Origin: a virus
Taxonomy: Duplodnaviria; Caudoviricetes
Strand: one strand, 5' to 3'
IMG/VR virus record: IMGVR_UViG_3300036786_000120
Location: 1 to 46,339 of that record
DNA length: 46,339 bases
The position numbers and the translations under genes were made by a program. Below, piece after piece: positions 36,759 to 45,550 of the stretch. The first letter of the stretch is position 1, and every line of letters starts with the position of its first letter. Below the pieces are notes generated by a model, which saw only the letters and a list, made by a program, of their open reading frames with translations, was not told the DNA's origin and ran no database searches.

Positions 36759-37085
36759 ATGAATCACGAGTACCCGTTCCATCCGGAAGACAGCGCCCGG
36801 ATGACGGGTCGCCGCGGCCGCCACGGCGGCAAACCCGAGGCGCCGCTGATCCCGGACGTGATCGCGAGCGAGCAGGGCGCCGGGGAGCAGGTGTTCGAGG
36901 CCTACGAGTTGTGCAACCAGCAGATGGCGCGCGCGAACTTCACCGAGCGCGAGCGGGTGTGCCACATTGGCAAGCACTGGTGGGACCTCGACGACCGGGA
37001 CCTCTCCCGCCTGCTGGGCTGCAGCACGGACACCGTCCTGCGCGCCCGCCGGTCCGCCGAAGCGAAGCTCGCGGCGCTGCATTAG
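36759..37085 (+). CDS. Sigma-70 region-4-like HTH protein
   Basis: 'FTERER..DLDDRDLSRLLGCSTDTV..ARRSAEAKL'; GGAG RBS. Confidence 0.65.
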   Translation: MNHEYPFHPEDSARMTGRRGRHGGKPEAPLIPDVIASEQGAGEQVFEAYELCNQQMARANFTERERVCHIGKHWWDLDDRDLSRLLGCSTDTVLRARRSAEAKLAALH

Positions 37086-37090
37086 ATTCA

Positions 37091-37233
37091 CCACGGAGTC
37101 ACGGAGAGCACGGAGAGCGAACGAGGGGAAACCTGGGTGGCGCGGAGGCCGGCGCTATTCTCTCCGAGCCCATTGAAACGCCATCTTCCCCGCTCTCTTC
37201 TGCTGCCTCTCCGTGTTCTCCGTGACTCCGTGG
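37091..37233. repeat. MITE-like element with 27-bp inverted ends built from CACGGAG units
   Basis: 37091-37117 vs 37207-37233, 26/27 complementary. Confidence 0.8.
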
Positions 37234-37272
37234 CACAACGCTTGCTTGTCCGGTTTGCTACCGGAAAGGGCC

Positions 37273-37306
37273 ATTATCATTAGCAAGCAAGCTTTGATAA
37301 TTATCA
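37273..37306. other. Candidate tyrosine-recombinase core (res/dif-like) site
   Basis: ATTATCATTAGC-AAGCAA-GCTTTGATAAT imperfect arms around 6 bp; AT-rich island just upstream of recombinase. Confidence 0.45.
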
Positions 37307-37334
37307 CCGATCCGAAGGGCGAAAGACGAAGCGA

Positions 37335-38297
37335 GTGAAGGACGAAACGGGTGAGGCGGAGATCGTTCGCCTTTCCCCGGGTTCGACCTTCGACCTTCGG
37401 GTCGATCCGGTTAGGCTCCTCCTCGCCGACAAGCGCAGCCCGGCGACGCGCCGAGCGTATGAAGGCGACCTCCGCGCCTTCTTCGGTGGCTCCCCGACTC
37501 CCGAGCAGGTTCGCGCGTTCGTGGGGCTGCCTGCACCTCGCGTCGCGCTGCGCCTGGCGGAGTACAAGGCGGAGCTGGTGGGCAGCGGCGCGGCGGAGGC
37601 GACGATCAACCGGCGGTTGTCCGCGGTCCGCTCCCTGCTGAAGTTTTGCGCGCGTCTGGGCCTGGCCAGCACCGACGGCCGCGGCCTGGTGGACGGCGAG
37701 CGCGCGACCTCCTACCGCGATACGCGCGGGATCGACCTGGCCGCGATGCGGCGGCTGATCAAAGCTCCCGGGACCGATTCGGTCGCAGCCCTGCGGGACA
37801 CGGCGCTCCTGCGGCTGCTGTGCGAGAACGCCCTCCGCCGCGCGGAGGTCTGCTCCCTCTCCGTTTCCCACTTCGAGCCGGCCGGGCGACGGCTGCTGAT
37901 CCTCGGCAAGGGCAAGGGGACGCAGCGGGCGCCGGTGACGCTCTCCCCCGCGGCCGTCGCCGCGACCTCCGCCTACCTCGCGGCTGCGGGCCATTCCGGC
38001 GGCCCCCTCTTCCGCAACCTGGACCGCCGTCCGGACCACGCCGGCGACGGTCTCACTCCGGACGGCGTGTACCACCTGGTGGGGACCTGGGGCGCCGCGA
38101 TCGGCGTCCCGAACCTCACGCCCCACAAGCTGCGCCACAGCGCCATCACGGCGGCGTTGGACGCCACGAACGGCGACGTGCGGCGCGTCCAGCGGCTCTC
38201 GCGCCATGCCAAGCTGGAGACGCTGCAGCGCTATGACGACAACCGCTCGGACCTGCAGGGCGAAGTGAGCGGGATTCTGTCGGGGCTGCTGGGCTAG
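37335..38297 (+). CDS. XerC-like tyrosine recombinase (putative resolvase)
   Basis: LRRAEV, GKG, HKLRHSAIT, RH, QRYDD motifs; no arm-binding domain. Confidence 0.9.
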   Translation: MKDETGEAEIVRLSPGSTFDLRVDPVRLLLADKRSPATRRAYEGDLRAFFGGSPTPEQVRAFVGLPAPRVALRLAEYKAELVGSGAAEATINRRLSAVRSLLKFCARLGLASTDGRGLVDGERATSYRDTRGIDLAAMRRLIKAPGTDSVAALRDTALLRLLCENALRRAEVCSLSVSHFEPAGRRLLILGKGKGTQRAPVTLSPAAVAATSAYLAAAGHSGGPLFRNLDRRPDHAGDGLTPDGVYHLVGTWGAAIGVPNLTPHKLRHSAITAALDATNGDVRRVQRLSRHAKLETLQRYDDNRSDLQGEVSGILSGLLG

Positions 38298-38426
38298 CTT
38301 CCTTCAGACCCGCTACGGCCGCGGGTAAGAGTTGACAGAAGTTGACAGCCCCTCGCGCGCGCGTGAGACGCGACCGGCCGAAAAGTCGTGCGGCAGCGCG
38401 CCGGACGCGGGCGCTTTATAGATGGA

Positions 38427-39035
38427 ATGCCGTTTGAGCCGACCGACCCGAATTACGGCGCCCGATGCACCCGGAGAAAGGGGCGGCTCAAGCAGCCGAC
38501 CGATTTCGGAGTGCGCGCGCCGCGGCCCTCGGCCGGCGAGCGCCTGGCGGAGGTGTGCGGTGTAGCGGGTCTCACGGAGCGGCAGGCGACGGTGATCCGG
38601 CTGGCCTGTTCCGGTCTGCGGAACCTCGACATCGCGGAGGCGCTGGGACTGACGCCAGCGCGGCCGTGGCGGCTCTTCGACGAGGCCACACTGGCCGCGC
38701 TGAACAAGGCGGAAACGACGGTCCGCCGGACGTTCGCGGGCGCGGTGCGGAAGGTGCGGGAGGTCTACCCGCAGTACCGCGCGCGGCACCGGTCGGAAGC
38801 GGCGGCGGCGGCGATCGCCGTCTGCATCCGCAACCGGAAATCGCGGGAGTGGGACCCGGAGCAATACTGGGAGCCCGCCGTCCCGCTGGACAATGGGTTC
38901 GAGCGGCGGGACCTGACCCCCGCGCCCGTCGGCCACGCGGCCGATCTGCTCGAAACGGAGCCGGGATGCCCGAACGAGGCGTTCCTGCTCAACCTCGTGA
39001 GCGAGCTCACGGGCGCGGTTGCTCGCATCGCGTAA
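38427..39035 (+). CDS. LuxR/sigma region-4 HTH regulator (possible late activator)
   Basis: 'LTERQATVIRL..SGLRNLDIAEALG'; precedes lysis/late genes. Confidence 0.65.
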   Translation: MPFEPTDPNYGARCTRRKGRLKQPTDFGVRAPRPSAGERLAEVCGVAGLTERQATVIRLACSGLRNLDIAEALGLTPARPWRLFDEATLAALNKAETTVRRTFAGAVRKVREVYPQYRARHRSEAAAAAIAVCIRNRKSREWDPEQYWEPAVPLDNGFERRDLTPAPVGHAADLLETEPGCPNEAFLLNLVSELTGAVARIA

Positions 39036-39181
39036 TCCCGGAAGTCCGGGACTTCGGCCCAGCCGGAGAAGAACCCGAGCGCCCTGAGCCTCTCAGGTCC
39101 TTTTTGCTCAGCTAAAGCTGCGCCTCCCCTACCCCTCCCGCCGTGCGCGCCGGCGGGAGTTCGCTATTTCTGGAGACTCCG

Positions 39182-39439
39182 ATGGCCCAGGCAATCACCG
39201 AGAAGAGCCGGGTCTCCTGGCCATTGGCGCTGATGCTCTCCGCGGCGATCTCCCTGGCCGTCGCCGGCGCGACCGCGACCGCGACCGCCTATTCCTGGCG
39301 GGACGGGGTCGTCGCCCAGGTGCGCAGCGAGCGGAAAGAGGACCTCAACCGCTATGTCACCCGCGAGGAGCTGTTGCGCGAGCTGGACTCGCGCTTCGAG
39401 CGCCTCTACGAAAAGCTCGAAAGGATGCGCTCGAAATGA
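39182..39439 (+). CDS. Membrane protein (holin-like)
   Basis: N-terminal hydrophobic helix plus coiled coil; GGAG RBS. Confidence 0.6.
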   Translation: MAQAITEKSRVSWPLALMLSAAISLAVAGATATATAYSWRDGVVAQVRSERKEDLNRYVTREELLRELDSRFERLYEKLERMRSK

Positions 39440-39723
39440 AAGTCTTCGGTCAGTTGTTCGAGTCCGCCAAGGCGTCGGTCGTCCACAGCATCTTCGGCAT
39501 CCTCCAGGCCGAGGTCTCCGGCGCCAAGGGCGACGAGAAGCTGCAGCAGGTCGTGTCGCTGGTGTTGACCGCTATCGACGGCATCGCGCCGGGCTGGGCG
39601 GTGCCCTACATCAACCAGGCGCTCCCGCAGCTCATCAACGCCCTGGTGGCCTACCTCAACCAGAGCGGTGTGCTGAAGAACGCCGAGGCGGCGTTGGAAA
39701 AACTCGTCGTCTCCGCCGCCTGA
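39436..39723 (+). CDS. Putative holin-like protein
   Basis: 'GAKGDEKLQQV' pattern, amphipathic; lysis region. Confidence 0.55.
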   Translation: MKVFGQLFESAKASVVHSIFGILQAEVSGAKGDEKLQQVVSLVLTAIDGIAPGWAVPYINQALPQLINALVAYLNQSGVLKNAEAALEKLVVSAA

Positions 39724-40004
39724 TGGAGATCGAGCTCCTCTCCGAGTTGCGCGCCCGGCTCCGGCCGGGCGGCTATCTCGACCTCCGCGGCATCACCGGC
39801 CTCGCCGAGGACCTGGTTGCCCGGCTCGGAATCGTCGCGCAGCTCTGCCCCGTGCAGCTCCTGCTCGACGGGAGCCAGCCGGATGCGGCGCTGACCACGC
39901 GTTACCAGGGCGCCTACCGTCCGGACGACGATCAGTCGGGCCTGCTCCCCCGGGAGTGGCGCTTCGTGCTGGATCTTCGGCCAGAGGGAGTCCGCGGCAC
40001 GTGA
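39723..40004 (+). CDS. Hypothetical protein
   Basis: TGATG overlap. Confidence 0.55.
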   Translation: MEIELLSELRARLRPGGYLDLRGITGLAEDLVARLGIVAQLCPVQLLLDGSQPDAALTTRYQGAYRPDDDQSGLLPREWRFVLDLRPEGVRGT

Positions 40005-40228
40005 CGGAGATCCGCACCCGCGACCGGCTGGACCCGGGCCATGCCACCGCCCCGGCCACCGCTGCGCGCGCCGCTGCTCTGGCCGCTGGCCGCATTCCTC
40101 ACCTGGTCCGCTGCGACCCGGGCGCCCGCCCGCCGCGCCGCGCCGCCCTCTGCGCTGATTGTCCGCTCCGCACCGCCCTGGCGCCGACGGCGCCGACCGC
40201 CCCGTCATCGGAAGCCGATCGTGGTTAA
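40001..40228 (+). CDS. Hypothetical protein
   Basis: GTGA overlap with GGAG RBS. Confidence 0.35.
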   Translation: MTEIRTRDRLDPGHATAPATAARAAALAAGRIPHLVRCDPGARPPRRAALCADCPLRTALAPTAPTAPSSEADRG

Positions 40229-40715
40229 CCCCCTCCTCCGACTGCAGTTCAGCCTGGCGAAGCGCTCCGGCCTGGCGTCGCTGCTCATCGCCGGCGCGAA
40301 GAAGTACCACCTGCCGCCGGAGTTCGTGCTCGCGGTTGGCTCGCGCGAGACGAACCTGCGGAACATCCTGGGCGACGGCGGCCACGGCCACGGCGTGATG
40401 CAGATCGACGATCGCTCTCACGCGGCGCTCCTGGCGGCGCACCCGGACTGGCGCACCAAGCCGGCGCCGCTGATCGACTACGGCTGCAGCCTGCTGGCGG
40501 ATAACCTGGCCTGGGCGAAGCACCGCTTCACCGGGATGACCGCCCGGCAGTACCTCATCCTTTGCGCCGACGCCTACAACACGACCCAGGATCGGGTGAT
40601 CCTGGGCTTTCGCTTTGGCGCCGCGGACGCCAAGACCACCGGCCACAACTACGGACACGACACCGTTGACGGCCTCATGCCGCAATTCGCCGCGCTGCTG
40701 GCGGGCAAGCCATGA
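40221..40715 (+). CDS. Endolysin, goose-type lysozyme-like (GH23)
   Basis: 'SRET', 'GDGGHGHGVMQIDDRSH', 'AYN', 'DAKTTGHNYGHD'. Confidence 0.8.
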   Translation: MVNPLLRLQFSLAKRSGLASLLIAGAKKYHLPPEFVLAVGSRETNLRNILGDGGHGHGVMQIDDRSHAALLAAHPDWRTKPAPLIDYGCSLLADNLAWAKHRFTGMTARQYLILCADAYNTTQDRVILGFRFGAADAKTTGHNYGHDTVDGLMPQFAALLAGKP

Positions 40716-40816
40716 TCCTCACCGCCGCGCAGGTGGTCTTCGCCCTGATCGGGCTCCTCGTGCTGGCCGCGGCGGGCTACGCCTGGTACTGCGGCTCGCG
40801 CTTCGGAAAGGACTGA
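40712..40816 (+). CDS. 34-aa single-TM peptide
   Basis: ATGA overlap; MILTAAQVVFALIGLLVLAAAGYAWY... Confidence 0.45.
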   Translation: MILTAAQVVFALIGLLVLAAAGYAWYCGSRFGKD

Positions 40817-40818
40817 CC

Positions 40819-41034
40819 TTGCTCGCCCGCGTTCGCTCCGTCCTCGCTGCCGCTGCCGCCCTGGTGCTCAGCGCCGGCCGGCCCACCCTGTCCGATCGCT
40901 CCGAGCCGGTCCGCGCTCCGCTGCGCCGGCGGGAGCTGCCGATCCACCGCGCCCCCACGCGGCGGGAGCGGCGCCGCGTTCAACGGGCCTGGAAACGCGC
41001 GCTGGGGATCAACCAGAAGGCGACGGTGTGGTAA
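40819..41034 (+). CDS. Small basic protein with hydrophobic N-terminus
   Basis: AAGGA RBS, TTG start. Confidence 0.4.
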   Translation: MLARVRSVLAAAAALVLSAGRPTLSDRSEPVRAPLRRRELPIHRAPTRRERRRVQRAWKRALGINQKATVW

Positions 41035-41111
41035 TGCGCTGGCAGGAAGTGGTCCTCACGCTGGGGGAGCTGGTCTTCCTCGGCGTCATCTTCTGGCGGT
41101 CCACGCGGTGA
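41034..41111 (+). CDS. 25-aa hydrophobic peptide
   Basis: TAATG and GTGA overlaps on both sides; MRWQEVVLTLGELVFLGVIFWRSTR. Confidence 0.35.
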   Translation: MRWQEVVLTLGELVFLGVIFWRSTR

Positions 41112-41476
41112 TCCGCCAGTCCGAGCTACACGACGCCGCCCGTATCAGGGCCGGGCTCGTTGAGCTGGAGCGGAACCCCAGCGTTGCGCACTACCTGGCG
41201 GAGAAAGACCGCCTGGCGCGGGCGATGGACGGGTTCCGCGAGCGCGTCAAGGCGGGCGAAGAGCGGGAGCCGGGCCGGGTGCACCTGGTGGTCGACGTCA
41301 CGCCGGTGATCGCCTGGGGCAAGGTGCTGACGGCGCTGCAGGCCCTGGAGCCGATCAAGCGGGCCGTGGCCGGCTGCCGCGAAGCGCAAACGATCCTGGA
41401 CTCCGTGGTCAAGAAGGACATCTCGGCGCCGTTCATCGGCAAGCGGACTGAAGTGAAGCTGGTGGGCGAGGCGTGA
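41108..41476 (+). CDS. Hypothetical protein
   Basis: Coupled ORF with phage-like codon usage. Confidence 0.6.
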   Translation: MIRQSELHDAARIRAGLVELERNPSVAHYLAEKDRLARAMDGFRERVKAGEEREPGRVHLVVDVTPVIAWGKVLTALQALEPIKRAVAGCREAQTILDSVVKKDISAPFIGKRTEVKLVGEA

Positions 41477-42180
41477 TCGCTCCGCGCGGCCTCCACCGTG
41501 CCTTCACCGACGAGCAGCTCCGCGGGGACCTCGACGCGGATCTCCGTCCTCGCGAGATCGCCGAGAAGTACGGTGTCTCGCGCCAGGCGGTGTACAAGCG
41601 GATCGGCCAACTCGAAGAGTGCGACGTGGCCGCGGCCTGCGCGCCGGCGGAAAGCCGCCGGTTCGTGGCGTCCATGAACGACGCCCTGACGGAGATCGCC
41701 GAGCTGACGCGTCGCGTCCGGCTGCTGCTAGACGCCTGCGAGCGCGAGCTGCTGGAGATAGACGAGGGCGGCGAGGCGACGGGCCGCTACGATGTCGGCC
41801 CGCGAGCGGGCGAGCTGATGGTCAGCTTCCTGCGGGTCGGCGCCGGCCGCCAGAAGCGGAACCTGCAGACGCTGCTCGACATCGCGCTCGATCCGGAGCG
41901 CGAGCGGTTCGTTTCGGCGGAAAGCCGCTTCGCGGATCCGCGGCAGCTCCTCCTCTCCGCCTCCGCCGAATCCCGCGCCCTGATCGGGGACGCGTTGCGC
42001 GTCGCCGAGAAGCTGGCGGACGCGTCCGTGGTCCAGCGCGTGTTGGACCGGTTCTTCTCGCTGTTGGAACGGGTGGATGCCGGCTTCGCCGCGGAGATCG
42101 CCGAAGAAGTTCGACGAGACCTGGTTCTCGGAACAGCTTTTAGAGCGGCTGCAGGCATTTCTGCCCGCACAGCCGACTGA
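41473..42180 (+). CDS. Terminase small subunit (HTH N-terminus)
   Basis: 'REIAEKYGVSRQAVYKRI' HTH, directly upstream of terminase large subunit. Confidence 0.65.
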   Translation: MIAPRGLHRAFTDEQLRGDLDADLRPREIAEKYGVSRQAVYKRIGQLEECDVAAACAPAESRRFVASMNDALTEIAELTRRVRLLLDACERELLEIDEGGEATGRYDVGPRAGELMVSFLRVGAGRQKRNLQTLLDIALDPERERFVSAESRFADPRQLLLSASAESRALIGDALRVAEKLADASVVQRVLDRFFSLLERVDAGFAAEIAEEVRRDLVLGTAFRAAAGISARTAD

Positions 42181-43720
42181 CGGAGCCGGAGACGCCGAGC
42201 GGGAGCAGCTCGCGGAGCGCTGCCGCGGCAGCCTGGCCGAGTTCGTCAAGGCCTCCTGGCCCGTCCTGGAGCCCTCCACACCGCTGGTGTGGGGCTGGCA
42301 CATGGAGGCGATCTGCCTCCATGTCCAGGCGGTGCTGGAAGACTGGATGGGCCTGCAGCGCTGGCAGCAGCGCCACGCCGCGCACGGCGACGACGCCCCC
42401 TGCGAGTGCGGTCCGGAGCCGATCCAGCGCGCGCAGAACCTGGTCATCAACGTCCCGCCGGGGACGAGCAAATCGCGCATCGTCGCGGTCTGCGCCGTGG
42501 CCTGGATGTGGACGCGGTGGCCAAGCTGGCGCGTCAACTGCCTCTCCTCGAATCCCCGGGTAGCCGAGCGCGACGGCGAGTATTGCCTGACGCTCGTTCA
42601 ATCCGAGTGGTATCGGGACACCTTCCGGCCGGCGTGGAAGCTGCGGCCGCAACAGTGCTGTAAGACGCACTTCGCCACCACCGCCCGGGGCTTCCGGAAG
42701 GGCTTCGGCTGGAACAGCCGGATCACCGGCGATCGCGCCGACTGCCTGGTCTTTGACGACCCGCACGACGCGGAGGAGGCCAACAGCGACCTGATTCGGG
42801 AAGGCGTGCTTTCCCGGTTCGACAACGCGATCTCCAACCGGGTGAATGACCTGCGGTCGTCCGTCCGAATCGGAGTGATGCAACGGGTCCACGAGGGCGA
42901 CTGGACCGGCCACGTGCTGCGCCAGTTCGGCTGGGACCACCTCTGCATTCCCATGGAATGGGAGCCGGAGCGCGTGGGCGCGAAGGCGGACGGGATACCG
43001 CGGCGCACGGCAATCGGCTGGAGTGACCCGCGGTCAGCCCCCGGCGAGCTGATGGACCCGGTGCGGTTCCCCGATTCGGTCCTAGCGCAGGAGCGCCGCA
43101 AGGGCACCTACCGTTACGCCGGCCAATACCAGCAGCGCCCGGCGCCGGCGGACGGCTCGATCTTCCTCCGCGGCTGGTGGCGGTTCTACACCGTTCTGCC
43201 CGAGCTGGAAGAGGTGATCCAGTCCTGGGACATGTCCTTCACGGACAGTGCCAGGAGCGCATACGTCGTCGGCCAGGTGTGGGGGCGTAAGGGCGCCGAC
43301 AAGTACCTTCTCGACCAGGTCCGGGACCGCATGGGCTTTACGGCCGCGTGCGGCGCCGTGGTGGCGCTCTCCGCGAAGTGGCCGCAAGCCTGCGCGAAGC
43401 TGATCGAGGCGAAGGCCAACGGGCCGGCCATCATCGACGCCCTGAAGGCGAAGATAGCTGGCCTGATCGCCGTCGAGCCGGACGGCTCGAAGGAAGCCCG
43501 GGCGCACGCCGTCTCTCCCGAGGTTGAGGCCGGCAACGTCTACCTGCCGGAGGACGCGGAGTTCACCAGCGACTTCCTCGACGAGGTGACGCGCTTCCCG
43601 AACGGCGTCTTTAAGGACCAGGTGGACACCTTCACCCAGGCGGTCCGCCGCTTCGCGCTCCACCGGGAGCCGAACACCGTGACCCGCAAGCAACGGCACG
43701 CGGGACCCCGCTTCTCTTGA
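42077..43720 (+). CDS. terL: Terminase large subunit
   Basis: 'LVINVPPGTSKS' Walker A, 'LVFDDPH' Walker B, 'QSWDMSF', 'IEAKANG', 'FPNG..KDQVD' nuclease motifs. Confidence 0.95.
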   Translation: MPASPRRSPKKFDETWFSEQLLERLQAFLPAQPTDGAGDAEREQLAERCRGSLAEFVKASWPVLEPSTPLVWGWHMEAICLHVQAVLEDWMGLQRWQQRHAAHGDDAPCECGPEPIQRAQNLVINVPPGTSKSRIVAVCAVAWMWTRWPSWRVNCLSSNPRVAERDGEYCLTLVQSEWYRDTFRPAWKLRPQQCCKTHFATTARGFRKGFGWNSRITGDRADCLVFDDPHDAEEANSDLIREGVLSRFDNAISNRVNDLRSSVRIGVMQRVHEGDWTGHVLRQFGWDHLCIPMEWEPERVGAKADGIPRRTAIGWSDPRSAPGELMDPVRFPDSVLAQERRKGTYRYAGQYQQRPAPADGSIFLRGWWRFYTVLPELEEVIQSWDMSFTDSARSAYVVGQVWGRKGADKYLLDQVRDRMGFTAACGAVVALSAKWPQACAKLIEAKANGPAIIDALKAKIAGLIAVEPDGSKEARAHAVSPEVEAGNVYLPEDAEFTSDFLDEVTRFPNGVFKDQVDTFTQAVRRFALHREPNTVTRKQRHAGPRFS

Positions 43721-43735
43721 CCGCCGCTTCGACGT

Positions 43736-45250
43736 ATGGACCCGCAAGACCTCATCGGAACCGAATCGCCGGCGCCGCTGCAGGCTGCGATGCTGGCCGC
43801 GAGCCAGGAGAGCTGGGCGTACTTCCTGAATGACCCCTACCCACGCTACGCGTTCGGGCCGCGGCAGTGGCCGCCGGAGAAGGGGCCGATCCCGACTCCC
43901 CTCCCCTACGCGGGCATCGTTATCGCCGAGGGCGCGGAGTTCGTGTTCCGGAACGGCAGCCCGGCCTTCTCCGTGCCACCGGAGCAGCGGGCGGGCCTGG
44001 AGGACGCGGACGCCTACCTGCAGACGGTGATTCGCGCGAACCGGCTGTCCGAGGCCTGGACGTCGCTGGCCGAAAACTGCGCCAACCAGGGCGCGATCGC
44101 CGCGAAGTTCAGCTATGACGGCGACAGCGCGGAGCGGCCGGTCCGAATCGCGTTCCTGGACGTGCCGCAGGAGTGCCGGGTCTGGTTCGATCCGCACGAC
44201 TGCGAGCGCCCGCTTCTCGCTCGCATCCAGTACCCCTACCGCAACCCCGCGGACGGGAACTGGTACTACTTCCGGGAAGAGTGGACGGAGGCCCTCCACG
44301 TCACCTACCGGCCGAAGCCGGCGGGGAGCAAGGACTGCACCTGCGCCGAAGCGCTGCCGGGCTACCTGACGAGCCTGGGCGACGGCGACGGTCCGGAGTG
44401 GGAAGTCGCCGCCATCGAGGAGAACCCCTTCGGCCTGGTCCCGGTAACCGTGATCCGCAACCGGCGGATGAAGGGCAACCCGCTCGGCACCGGTGACTGC
44501 TGGTCCACGTTCCGGCTGATCGACCGCATTGCGCGGACGCTGCACGGCGAGGACGCGAGCAACCAGCTGCACTCGGACCCCACCGTCGCCGTGCTGAACG
44601 CGGAGATCGACAACGACGCGCCGCTGGGCACCGGCGAAATGCTCTCCATCCGGAACGAGAACCCCGACGCTCCGCCCGCCGACGTGCGGCTCCTGGAACC
44701 CTCCGGCGCGGCGCGGGAGTTCTCCCACAAGTCGATGGACCGGTGGGAGGACCTGTTCTACAAGCGGGTCGGCCTGAGCCGCGTCAACCCGGCGGAAGTC
44801 ACGAACAAGGGCAACATGACCGCCCTGGCGTTTGCGATGACCTACGCGCGGACCATCGCGAGCAGCGACCGCAAGCGGGAGCTGTGGGGCAATAGCGGCA
44901 TGGCGGTCTTCTTCCGCAACCTGCTGCTGAGTCTCTCGCGCGTGGGCGGCATCCGGGAGCTAGCCGGCGTGGACGAGCAGCTCGTCATCTCCACCGAGTG
45001 GCCGCCGTACTTCCAGGTCACCGACGAGGACCGCGCGAACCTTACCGACCGCACCACCACGCAGGTGAACGCCGGCTTCCTGACCCCGGACCGCGGCGCG
45101 GAGCGGATCGCCCGGGCCGAGGGCGTTCCGCAGCACGAAATCAAGAACCTGCTGACGGAGCTGGGGCAGCAGCGCGAGCAGCGGAAGTCCGAGGCCGCCG
45201 CCGCGCCCGCCGTCGTCCAGGACCCCGAAGCGGAGGCGACCGCCGGATGA
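43736..45250 (+). CDS. Portal protein (SPP1-like)
   Basis: 504 aa after TerL; 'ENPFGLVPV' motif. Confidence 0.85.
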   Translation: MDPQDLIGTESPAPLQAAMLAASQESWAYFLNDPYPRYAFGPRQWPPEKGPIPTPLPYAGIVIAEGAEFVFRNGSPAFSVPPEQRAGLEDADAYLQTVIRANRLSEAWTSLAENCANQGAIAAKFSYDGDSAERPVRIAFLDVPQECRVWFDPHDCERPLLARIQYPYRNPADGNWYYFREEWTEALHVTYRPKPAGSKDCTCAEALPGYLTSLGDGDGPEWEVAAIEENPFGLVPVTVIRNRRMKGNPLGTGDCWSTFRLIDRIARTLHGEDASNQLHSDPTVAVLNAEIDNDAPLGTGEMLSIRNENPDAPPADVRLLEPSGAAREFSHKSMDRWEDLFYKRVGLSRVNPAEVTNKGNMTALAFAMTYARTIASSDRKRELWGNSGMAVFFRNLLLSLSRVGGIRELAGVDEQLVISTEWPPYFQVTDEDRANLTDRTTTQVNAGFLTPDRGAERIARAEGVPQHEIKNLLTELGQQREQRKSEAAAAPAVVQDPEAEATAG

Positions 45251-45363
45251 ATCTCACCTGGCGCGAATCCCTCCGTTACGCGGTGGGAGAAGCCCTGGCG
45301 GCCGGTCTCAAGGTCGCTGCGCAGGCGGTGGTCCACGGCGGACTCTCCTCCCTCGCCGCATGA
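45247..45363 (+). CDS. Small hypothetical protein (38 aa)
   Basis: ATGA overlap. Confidence 0.35.
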   Translation: MNLTWRESLRYAVGEALAAGLKVAAQAVVHGGLSSLAA

Positions 45364-45457
45364 TCGGAGCGGACCGGCCTCGTGGGCTCAATTTCCCGGC
45401 CGTAAGGTCCGGGCCAGGCCACCCGCGAGCCCATCGCGGAGACGCATCATCCCCGAA

Positions 45458-45490
45458 GCCCGCCCCGTACGGGGCGGGCTTCCTCCATTT
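45458..45490 (+). terminator. Hairpin AGCCCGCCCC-GTAC-GGGGCGGGCT
   Basis: Perfect stem followed by pyrimidine-rich tail. Confidence 0.45.
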
Positions 45491-45550
45491 CACCCCCGAC
45501 CCGGGGAGAGGCCGCCGCTCCGGCGGACCGCCGCGAAAGCGAGACCCTGA

